Below, in pieces: positions 56,522-64,000 of a DNA stretch of 64,000 nt. The notes below the pieces were generated by a model. The model was given only the letters and a program-made list of their open reading frames with translations. It was not told the origin of the DNA and did not search any database. This DNA is from a virus: IMG/VR virus record IMGVR_UViG_3300025131_000006, one strand, 5' to 3'. A program made the position numbers and the translations under genes. How positions within the stretch are numbered: position 1 is the first letter of the stretch; every line of letters begins with the position of its first letter.

Positions 56522-59500
56522 ATGCCACGAGCACCGAAATTCCATAACGCCGAGAGAGTGGACCTGCCTGACTTCACTCACGCGACAGAGACGCACCCAG
56601 TGGGGTTGCGTGACAACCTGATCGACTTGGTCTTGGGCAATGGTGTGTACCAGGGCTTTCGGGCAGAAGTCCCGGCGAATCAGATTAACGCCAACAAGGG
56701 TATGGTGACGATCTTCAATGGAGTCGTCGGGACTTGGGGTGGTCGCATGATCAACGCTGAGACGGGAGATGTCAGTCAGTCTTTCCCGTTGCGCGGCTCC
56801 AGTACGGAGTTTTGGATCGAGGTCGAGTTCATGTGGATCGAAGACAGCTTCGATGGTCGGACGGTCTACGACTCGACCAAGGCGAACGTCTCGCCGTTGC
56901 CAAACGGTCAAGAGGTGGACATCGCTCGCATGTCTACGAGGTTGACGCCAGGGTGGCGGATCAAGCATCCCATTCGTCAGAATCCGGCGGGCTCTCGCAG
57001 CACGCCAGGGTATGCCCCGCAGGGCTTCTCTTCGGATGATCCAAATGTGATGCCGCTGATGGTGTTGCGGACCAACTCCCAAGGTCAGATTGTCTTTGGG
57101 AACCCAAACAGCGACAGTACCGGGAATGACCTGACGACGATCTCGTTGGCAGGTGGATCACGCCAGGTCATTCCGGTGATCGGGTATGGAGAGCACGAGA
57201 CGCGGCAGGTCGGCGGGAAGACGGTGCGGATTGGTCGAAAGGCGACAGACCAACGTCCTCGTGTATTTGAGCGATTGGAAGCTCCGATGCGCTATGGCGA
57301 CACGGGAGAGATTATCGGAGACACCGAGTCGGACCATTGGGCACGAGACCTGAAGAGCGTCTATGATCACTTGGCGACGCAGATGGCTCGCGTGGTCTTG
57401 GGCTTGGAGACACAGACTCCCACAGAGAACGGCGTATCGGTGGCGGGTGCCGAGTATTACGAGGGTGTGTTGATCGATGTGGACCCGGATTGGAGATGGG
57501 TCAAGGTCACCTCGATGAGCGTGGAGACGCTTGTGAACCCCGACATAATGCCTGACGATTGGGCAAATTGGACGTTCCAGATCCGATCGGGTCCGTGGAA
57601 TGGGTTCTATGCCCAAGTGCATCGTCAAGAGAAGAAAGACGGCAGCGGCCATTACAAACTGTGGTTGCACCAACAATCGTATCGTCCGGATTGGTGGCCT
57701 CTGCCTAATGCCGCAGCAGACACTCCCGCTATTCGCTTGGTGAACGGACGGCGTCGGAATTGGGCGGCTCTGCCGATGCCGAATTCGGGCAATCGTGGTC
57801 TGAACGCATTGGATGACGAGGTGGTCGGCGCCCGCAACGACATCTTCACGCAGCTTGCGTTACCGTCTCTGCGAGATGCCCTGAGTTCCCAAAAGTCATA
57901 CGACATGACATTCTCCCCGGTGCGTGCGCAAATCGGGGGTGGTGGTGTCACGGCTCCGGTCTTTGCTGACGTGGTCGTGGATAACACGGACGTGGCGACC
58001 ATGCAGTCCGCCGCGACTGCTTGGCAAAACATGGTCCTGAATTGGAACAGCCCGCAGCAAGGGGGTCGGATGTTGTTCCGCAAGGGCTTGTATGACTTTG
58101 CTTTATTGGGTGGTGTGCCGACCCATACGGTCTTCACGACAGCGGGTCAAGGCTCTAGCGGCTGGCTCTTCCAAGGCGAGGGTATGGACACGACGACACT
58201 GAAGATGACGACGGCAGCGACATCACAGGACCACATCTTGTTCGATCTGACGAACTGCTCCGAGATGACGTTCCGGGACATGACGATTCACGGCAAGGGT
58301 AGGGTGTTCAATGCCAGCGGCTGCTCCAATATCCGATTCGAGAACTGCAAGTTTGTCGCGGAGTACGATGACGTCACCAGCGCTCGACCCGCTCTTGACT
58401 TGGGCGCGATGACAGGGTTCGAGTTTCACGGGTGTGTTTTTGAGTTGTCTGGGCAGGGCGTCAAGGGAACGACAGCTTCTGAGATGGTCGTCAAGGATTG
58501 TCGATTCAGTGAGGTCTCCGGGAACACGGTCACGGAGGTCTCTGGTTACTGGTGGAACACGGGCGTTGTGTCTGACAGTCGATTTGAGGATTGTTTGTTC
58601 ACGGGTCCAGCCTCTCTGGTCGGGATGCGATTCCAGAGCAATATAACGACCTCAGTGCTGCGTAACGTGCAGGTGCGGTGTGAGGTCGACGCAGCCTCGG
58701 TCGAGGGCCTGATTGCCTTTGAGGCAGGTTTCCTTAAGTCTAGAATGGAAGGGTGCCTCTTGGGTGAGGCTGGAGGGAGTGCTTCTCCGAGAGGAATATC
58801 GGGTGGCGGCAGCATGGCCGACTCGACGATCTCTGACACCTTGATTGAAGCTGTCTCGGGAGTTGGTATTCTTCTTGGTTCCCTGCTAGATTCAGATTTG
58901 TCTGGTGTTCGGATCAAGTGCAGCGGCACTCGCCCTGCTGGATCGGTGGGACTCAGCGCAGGGCAAATGGACAGAAGCACGATCTCTGCTATGACAGTGC
59001 TGTCTTTCGAGACGGGGATATTGTGTGTTGGTACATCGGAATACAATAATATCTCGTCGTCTATTATTCGTGAGGTGGAGTTTGGTATCGACTTCCACGT
59101 TCTCGGTTCGCACTCGACTGGGTGCCAGTTCAATAAGTTCACCGACAATACGATTCATGGGTTCGGTATTGCTTCGGGAGTCGGTATCCGAATCGAGTCA
59201 TCCTTCTCGAATACATGCGCGGGAAACAATATCTACAACTTCCAGTACGGGATCACCTCTAATGGCGATAGCTCGTTTGGAAGCCAAGGCATCGTCCTTA
59301 CTGGGAATCGTTGCGTTACGACAGAGTCGGGGTACTTGGTTGAATACACGATCGACAGCGTCGTAACAGGGAACAGCGCGGCTGTTGCAACGACCTCCGG
59401 CTTTTCTTTCTCTAACTCTGTGAATATCGTGTGTTCAGGCAATCACGTAGAAGGCGTGGCGACGAACTACCCGTACTGGCTGGGAGGAATATCAAACCCA

Positions 59501-59686
59501 AACTGGGCGGAGAATGTCAGGGGCGGAATGCTCTCGGCTAAGGCAGGCGGGACCTGGATAATGGATGCCACTGTCAATAATAACAGTGTTCTCGCTGGAG
59601 ACCTTGGAAACGGAAACATGGTCATCTTCTATAATACGTGGGATGGTGTCTTCCCAGCCGCAAAGATAGATGATCTAATCTTGTAA
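56522..59686 (+). CDS. tail fibre/tailspike with right-handed beta-helix
   Basis: GG.MLFRKG.Y, FQGEG.DTT.LK, repeated FENC.F/FHGC.F/TGN motifs. Confidence 0.75.
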   Translation: MPRAPKFHNAERVDLPDFTHATETHPVGLRDNLIDLVLGNGVYQGFRAEVPANQINANKGMVTIFNGVVGTWGGRMINAETGDVSQSFPLRGSSTEFWIEVEFMWIEDSFDGRTVYDSTKANVSPLPNGQEVDIARMSTRLTPGWRIKHPIRQNPAGSRSTPGYAPQGFSSDDPNVMPLMVLRTNSQGQIVFGNPNSDSTGNDLTTISLAGGSRQVIPVIGYGEHETRQVGGKTVRIGRKATDQRPRVFERLEAPMRYGDTGEIIGDTESDHWARDLKSVYDHLATQMARVVLGLETQTPTENGVSVAGAEYYEGVLIDVDPDWRWVKVTSMSVETLVNPDIMPDDWANWTFQIRSGPWNGFYAQVHRQEKKDGSGHYKLWLHQQSYRPDWWPLPNAAADTPAIRLVNGRRRNWAALPMPNSGNRGLNALDDEVVGARNDIFTQLALPSLRDALSSQKSYDMTFSPVRAQIGGGGVTAPVFADVVVDNTDVATMQSAATAWQNMVLNWNSPQQGGRMLFRKGLYDFALLGGVPTHTVFTTAGQGSSGWLFQGEGMDTTTLKMTTAATSQDHILFDLTNCSEMTFRDMTIHGKGRVFNASGCSNIRFENCKFVAEYDDVTSARPALDLGAMTGFEFHGCVFELSGQGVKGTTASEMVVKDCRFSEVSGNTVTEVSGYWWNTGVVSDSRFEDCLFTGPASLVGMRFQSNITTSVLRNVQVRCEVDAASVEGLIAFEAGFLKSRMEGCLLGEAGGSASPRGISGGGSMADSTISDTLIEAVSGVGILLGSLLDSDLSGVRIKCSGTRPAGSVGLSAGQMDRSTISAMTVLSFETGILCVGTSEYNNISSSIIREVEFGIDFHVLGSHSTGCQFNKFTDNTIHGFGIASGVGIRIESSFSNTCAGNNIYNFQYGITSNGDSSFGSQGIVLTGNRCVTTESGYLVEYTIDSVVTGNSAAVATTSGFSFSNSVNIVCSGNHVEGVATNYPYWLGGISNPNWAENVRGGMLSAKAGGTWIMDATVNNNSVLAGDLGNGNMVIFYNTWDGVFPAAKIDDLIL

Positions 59687-59695
59687 TCTTGTAGA

Positions 59696-59710
59696 GTTTA
59701 GTGACTGAAC
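59696..59710. repeat. 15-bp palindrome, site 19
   Basis: GTTTAGTGACTGAAC. Confidence 0.9.
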
Positions 59711-59723
59711 CCCAGGAGGTGTC

Positions 59724-60062
59724 ATGAGCTTGTCCAAGTCAGACCTGATCGAGAGGTACACGACCGATCCCACCAGCGATCAGATGATAGACGCCTCTGT
59801 CGACATCGTGAAGGACTTGGCCTCTCGCATCAAAGACGTCCAGACAACTCCTGCGGTGCACTCCGCGTACAAGCAAGCCAAGCAACTGTTTCGAGCTTAT
59901 GTGCGTGCGTGTGGGTTCACGGAGACAGCGGAGTTCCAAGCGTTGTTCTCCGAGATCGTGAAAGAGATGAGCCCGGAGCTATGGGAACTTGTGGAAGCAG
60001 GCAAGATGATCAAAGACGTCCAGCAAAAGAAGCGGGTGCGTCGGTCTTTGTGGAGAATATGA
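59724..60062 (+). CDS. hypothetical protein
   Basis: AGGAGG RBS, 112 aa. Confidence 0.7.
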   Translation: MSLSKSDLIERYTTDPTSDQMIDASVDIVKDLASRIKDVQTTPAVHSAYKQAKQLFRAYVRACGFTETAEFQALFSEIVKEMSPELWELVEAGKMIKDVQQKKRVRRSLWRI

Positions 60063-60289
60063 CAGGCATATAAAAAAAGATTGAGATTGTTTGTCAGGTT
60101 TTCGTCACGGGCTGCGTTTTCTTTGTCAGAGGCCAGAGGGTTCCCCTCCCCTTTGGCGTGGTCGTTCTAGCGACGATCATAAAAAACAGTTGGCTTTGGT
60201 GCCAACCTCGAATGGCTGACCGGGTTCCCCTCCTTGGTCGGCCATTTTATTTTAAGGGGAGAACGGATGGGTCGGGGGCCAAACATCCA

Positions 60290-60883
60290 TTATGTTTCCA
60301 TTACGGTGGCGCGGCTGAGAGCGATCGAGGCTTGCACCAAGGCAACAGCTTGGAGGGTGTTTTCGCTGTAGTCCTCGGTGTCTGGGGGCATAGTTCCCTC
60401 ATATTCTTGCCACGCGAACCCGAATGCCTCACATGGCGGCATGTCGTTTTCGATGTTTTCTCTCCATTTTCTTTCAATCAGGGTGGCAAAGGCAGCAAGG
60501 TCGGGGTCTTCTCGTCGAACCTGCTCCAGGTGGAACTGAGCCATTTCGGGAATAAAGACCGTCGTTCCCGTGATGCACGAGCCCAAGAGAGGGGAGTTGT
60601 CGGCGTCGAGCCATTCGGAGTTCGGAGCCGTGAAGATATGGGAGCTATCCGGGTAGGTGCCGTCCACGACCAAGATGACGCCCGTCAGCACATCGGAGAC
60701 CGTGTCCATGGTCGTGAAGCGAACGGTTCCCTTGGGAGTGGTCAGAGTGGTGCGTTGGGCACTCTCTCCGCCCTCCACTTCGATGCTGGCTTTTCGAAAG
60801 AGTTCAAGAGCTTCCGTGTAGAACGTGCGAATGACGTCTTGTCGCCGCTTGTCTTTGAGTTGTCTCAGAGTGCTATCAGGCAT
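60290..60883 (-). CDS. hypothetical protein
   Basis: AGGAGG RBS, 197 aa. Confidence 0.65.
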   Translation of the reverse strand: MPDSTLRQLKDKRRQDVIRTFYTEALELFRKASIEVEGGESAQRTTLTTPKGTVRFTTMDTVSDVLTGVILVVDGTYPDSSHIFTAPNSEWLDADNSPLLGSCITGTTVFIPEMAQFHLEQVRREDPDLAAFATLIERKWRENIENDMPPCEAFGFAWQEYEGTMPPDTEDYSENTLQAVALVQASIALSRATVMET

Positions 60884-60997
60884 GGTGCCCTCCTGTGAGT
60901 TGAGGCTTTTCGGCCCGGTGAGTCGGCTTGTTCAACAGTATCTATATAAGAAAGGGATTCGGGTACTCGGACACGGATTGACCAAGTTTTGCAGAAA

Positions 60998-61034
60998 GTG
61001 CACCTCAAAATAGAACGGGGAGAAAGCCATTACA
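60998..61034 (+). promoter_or_regulatory. conserved 37-bp promoter-like motif, copy 6
   Basis: GTGCACCTCAAAATAGAACGGGGAGAAAGCCATTACA. Confidence 0.75.
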
Positions 61035-61082
61035 AGCGAACCGAAAAGCCCCGAATATTCCACATGTCGGAGAAAAGAAAAG

Positions 61083-61313
61083 ATGTTGCAGCAACTCCAA
61101 ACAATCCTGACGCCCGGTCTCATGATCGGAATCATCTCTGTCCTCTTGTTGATCTTGTGGGTTATTCGCGGATTCCGCCGCAACAGCCCCTTTGTCATCC
61201 TGTGTGCGTATTTCGGGCTCACCATCGTGGGCGGCATCGTGTGGGTTATCTGTATGGCCGGTCCTTGGACGATGGTTTCTTACTGTGTGATCTCGAAAAA
61301 GTGTGGAGGTTGA
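61083..61313 (+). CDS. small two-TM membrane protein
   Basis: Two hydrophobic helices; GGAG RBS. Confidence 0.65.
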   Translation: MLQQLQTILTPGLMIGIISVLLLILWVIRGFRRNSPFVILCAYFGLTIVGGIVWVICMAGPWTMVSYCVISKKCGG

Positions 61314-61314
61314 G

Positions 61315-61623
61315 ATGAGCGGATTTTGGGCAGAATATAACGAGAAGATGGAAGCCGGTGCTATTGGAAGCCAGAGCGACCTCCGCCGAGAGTTGGCTCT
61401 CTTGAACTGCAATACCCTCTTGTTCTTGTTGGGCAAAGAAGACTCGGAAGATGCAGCGTTTTTTGCCGAACTCACCACCGAACTCAAGGACGTGATCCGA
61501 GAGAATGGCGAGTCCGCACACATCCGAATCCGCAGCCCCGAAGGCTTCACCCCCAAGTTCACCTTGGGCAACATCCACAGAGGATTGCAGTCTCGCGGTG
61601 TCGAGCCAATAAGGCTCCTGTAG
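61315..61623 (+). CDS. hypothetical protein
   Basis: GGAGG RBS. Confidence 0.65.
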   Translation: MSGFWAEYNEKMEAGAIGSQSDLRRELALLNCNTLLFLLGKEDSEDAAFFAELTTELKDVIRENGESAHIRIRSPEGFTPKFTLGNIHRGLQSRGVEPIRLL

Positions 61624-61639
61624 TCCTAGTCCTGTGTGA

Positions 61640-61654
61640 GTTCAGTCACTGAAC
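61640..61654. repeat. 15-bp palindrome, site 20
   Basis: GTTCAGTCACTGAAC, extends to GTGAGTTCAGTCACTGAACTCAC. Confidence 0.9.
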
Positions 61655-61678
61655 TCACCAATCCCCCTATTCTCCGGT

Positions 61679-61715
61679 TTGCACCTCAAAATAGAACGGG
61701 GAGAAAGCCATTACA
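61679..61715 (+). promoter_or_regulatory. conserved 37-bp promoter-like motif, copy 7
   Basis: TTGCACCTCAAAATAGAACGGGGAGAAAGCCATTACA. Confidence 0.75.
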
Positions 61716-61745
61716 AGCGAACATTCCAAGACGGAGAAAGAAGAG

Positions 61746-61886
61746 ATGAAAAGACGATTTGAAATGCCCCGAACCCTGACGCAAGGCGAACTTACTACCG
61801 AACTCCAGAAGAGTCTTATTGTGGACTCTCTGGTCCTGCTGAGCAGCATCGGTAGCTGTTGGTGGATCACTTTCCTCCTCAAGTAG
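61746..61886 (+). CDS. small protein (46 aa) with hydrophobic C-terminus
   Basis: Only ORF behind promoter copy 7; GGAG RBS. Confidence 0.5.
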   Translation: MKRRFEMPRTLTQGELTTELQKSLIVDSLVLLSSIGSCWWITFLLK

Positions 61887-61893
61887 GTGGACC

Positions 61894-62301
61894 CTACCAA
61901 TCACTCTCTTCCCTACGAGCAGCCTCCAGCTGGATCAATTCCGGTGGGGGCTTTTCTGCATTGTCCACCGTCACAATAATCGGGGGAGTAAAGTGGGTTG
62001 TTGCCGTTTCGTCCCAATCCAAGCTTGCTCCCCTGACAATTATGGAGAAGTCTGTATCAGTGGTTGCATCACTTTCAGGTGCAGAGAGATCATAACACCA
62101 AGTTGCGAGTCTTCTGCTTGCGGTGGTCGATGATGCCATGGGTGGCAGAGGTGGAGTGAGTGTTACCTTCTCGCGTTTCTTTTTCTTGCCCCCGTATTTG
62201 CCCCCAGATCGATCTTGGAAGTATCTAGGGTCTCGACCCTTGCCGTGGTGACGTCTGTGCGTCCCGCCTCCCCTGGCTCCACCTTTTCCTTTTTTGCTCA
62301 T
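61894..62301 (-). CDS. hypothetical protein with basic N-terminus
   Basis: MSKKGKGG...; in operon with upstream minus-strand genes. Confidence 0.55.
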   Translation of the reverse strand: MSKKGKGGARGGGTHRRHHGKGRDPRYFQDRSGGKYGGKKKKREKVTLTPPLPPMASSTTASRRLATWCYDLSAPESDATTDTDFSIIVRGASLDWDETATTHFTPPIIVTVDNAEKPPPELIQLEAARREESDW

Positions 62302-62305
62302 TGCC

Positions 62306-63049
62306 CTACCAATCCGAAGATGACTTGCGGGACTCACTAAGGCTTCCCAAGAAATCGTGAGACTTCTCGTTTAAGGTTCTCTCCAAGTCTTCTCTTATCT
62401 TATTAGCACAATCTAGCAAGCGGTCCTTCGCAGCTTTCAACTCTTCTCGGAGGACTTCACCTTCGACGGTCTCGGTGATAGCGGCGACCCGCTCTTCCAG
62501 AGCTTTGAGTTGTGCTCGGACGTGCTCCGTAAGCTCTTCTAGTAAAATGTCCGCTCGTCTGGCGATCTCTGCGAGAACAGCTTCTGTTAATTCGCGTGCC
62601 TTCTCTGTGATGCGCTTCTCGAAGAACAACTCATTCCTGCTCCACCATTGTTCGAATATCGTCGCGTGAGCATCTGATGGATTGCTTGGTGTCAAGATAC
62701 CGTGTGGGTTGGGAGTCCACGCCCACGGCTCTTTCGCCAACAGGGTCTTCGTGGGTTTTCTGAGAGGGTCTCTGAAGAGGGGGTATCGCCTGACGTCGGA
62801 GGGTGCTCTTTTCTTGTAACCGGAGAACATGTGTCTGGCGTAATCTGCAACATCCGCAGTAGGTTCCACGTCGATTCTCTCGATAGCTCTGTGAGCCCAA
62901 CCAGGAATCCCCGGCTCTGGTACAGGTTCGGGATCGCGAGCGGATGCCTCCTTTCGCATCTCTTTCACAACCTCACTGATAAAAACGTCAGCGGGTGATA
63001 GCGAGGCGATAGGGAGCGGAGTGGGTGACTCCTTACCTCGACCACTCAC
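62306..63049 (-). CDS. hypothetical coiled-coil protein
   Basis: GTG start after GAGGAGG; heptad-rich C-terminus. Confidence 0.6.
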   Translation of the reverse strand: MSGRGKESPTPLPIASLSPADVFISEVVKEMRKEASARDPEPVPEPGIPGWAHRAIERIDVEPTADVADYARHMFSGYKKRAPSDVRRYPLFRDPLRKPTKTLLAKEPWAWTPNPHGILTPSNPSDAHATIFEQWWSRNELFFEKRITEKARELTEAVLAEIARRADILLEELTEHVRAQLKALEERVAAITETVEGEVLREELKAAKDRLLDCANKIREDLERTLNEKSHDFLGSLSESRKSSSDW

Positions 63050-63992
63050 TGCTGCCTCCTCTCCGGCTCTCTGCCGACCTGAGTTTGTCGATCGATAGAG
63101 GTGCCTCCTCGGCTTCTGTTTCGCTCTCCTCGACGCTCTCAGGTGCCGCCATGTCCTGAATAACCCAACCCGCCTCACGGAGTTTTTCGATATACTCCTG
63201 TATGATCTCATCCCGTTGGATCTTCCGGTGAGAGTCAAACGCGAAAACAACGGCACTAGAATGACACAGGTGGGGGAGCGGAGCGGGGAGAGCACGGGCG
63301 TAATGATCCATGCCTCCACCATACAGGCTTGAAAGCTTCGCGATAGCCGTTTCTCTGCTGAACCCTCTTTCGATGTCGTGCAGCATGTACCTCACGTTTG
63401 GAACAGGGATACCCTCGCCTCGTGCTACCGAGACAACTCTCGAACGAATCCGGTCTGGTAGTTCGCCAAGTGCAATCCCAATAGGGTGAAACTCCAAAGC
63501 AGAGCCCTTGGAGCCCCCATGCAGGGAAGCACGAAACATGGGCTCCTCCTCTCCCTCTATCTTAATAGCCTTGATCGATCGCTCCGCTGCTTTGACCAAC
63601 TCGGACTTCTTTTCGGGAGAGGGCTCCGTCGATTCACCTTCGCTATCTTCTGTGTCCTTCTCGACCAGGTGTCTCCTCGTTGTGAGAAGAGGAGACAAGG
63701 AAGCCTTGGTCGCCAAGTCGGGAGCGGTCTCGACTTCTGCGACGATGACGGTGGCATTAGGGTCTGTCGCGGACAACAGGCGAATAAGAGCGTCCCGCTC
63801 CGGTGTTCCCTTTTTCAGTGCCAAGATAAGCTCGTTGGCACTCACGCGGTACTGCTCTGTCTTGGCACCTGTGCCCTTGGAGAGTGCTTCTCCGATGCTC
63901 CCTGCTCCTGTTGCGATGGGAGGCATGAATGGCTCGGTAGCTGCTTTCAGTGCCTCGGACAGATCCCTCATTTCAGGAGTGAGTTCTGTCAA
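63033..63992 (-). CDS. hypothetical protein (probably continues beyond the window edge)
   Basis: At least 319 aa open reading frame. Confidence 0.6.
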   Translation of the reverse strand: MTELTPEMRDLSEALKAATEPFMPPIATGAGSIGEALSKGTGAKTEQYRVSANELILALKKGTPERDALIRLLSATDPNATVIVAEVETAPDLATKASLSPLLTTRRHLVEKDTEDSEGESTEPSPEKKSELVKAAERSIKAIKIEGEEEPMFRASLHGGSKGSALEFHPIGIALGELPDRIRSRVVSVARGEGIPVPNVRYMLHDIERGFSRETAIAKLSSLYGGGMDHYARALPAPLPHLCHSSAVVFAFDSHRKIQRDEIIQEYIEKLREAGWVIQDMAAPESVEESETEAEEAPLSIDKLRSAESRRGGSSEWSR

Positions 63993-64000
63993 AACTGCCT

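Noticed and set aside
29244-59686. Tail cluster as a headless contractile injection system
   Set aside because: Neck-like genes, phage methyltransferase and many small phage-type genes favour a real phage; head genes probably lie outside the window, which cannot be confirmed here
1953-61318. Recurrent short ORFs containing MH[LR]KIERGE[RS]HY
   Set aside because: Translations of the 37-bp DNA motif; lengths and downstream sequences differ and no RBS is evident
105-61654. Dispersed repeats as a CRISPR array
   Set aside because: Copies are kilobases apart with no spacer-sized intervals and no cas genes
105-61654. 15-mer as canonical parS or intrinsic terminator
   Set aside because: Differs from the 16-bp TGTTNCACGTGAAACA consensus; odd centre, C-A mismatches and no consistent U-tract argue against a terminator

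Overview
This 64 kb window looks like part of a large contractile-tailed (myovirus-like) phage genome. No capsid, portal, terminase, rRNA, tRNA or CRISPR array is visible. Layout: (i) 0.2-6 kb, small mostly minus-strand accessory genes including a full nicotinate phosphoribosyltransferase (pncB); (ii) 7.8-28 kb, large polyvalent effector-like proteins (zincin, three ADP-ribosyltransferases, inorganic pyrophosphatase, two kinase folds, GNAT); (iii) 17 kb and 29-60 kb, neck, sheath, tube, chaperones, tape measure, baseplate and tail fibre/spike genes; (iv) 60-64 kb, more small genes. Main unexplained patterns: a 15-bp palindrome GTTYAGTNACTRAAC present 20 times at a fairly even ~3.2 kb spacing, three times inside giant genes; a duplicated ~122-nt hairpin element with compensatory base changes; a 37-bp promoter-like motif heading seven small-gene cassettes; and a GFG[VLA]xx[KR][SG]-like peptide tag at the termini and domain boundaries of the effector proteins. 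All protein calls come from motif recognition by eye; no database searches were run.
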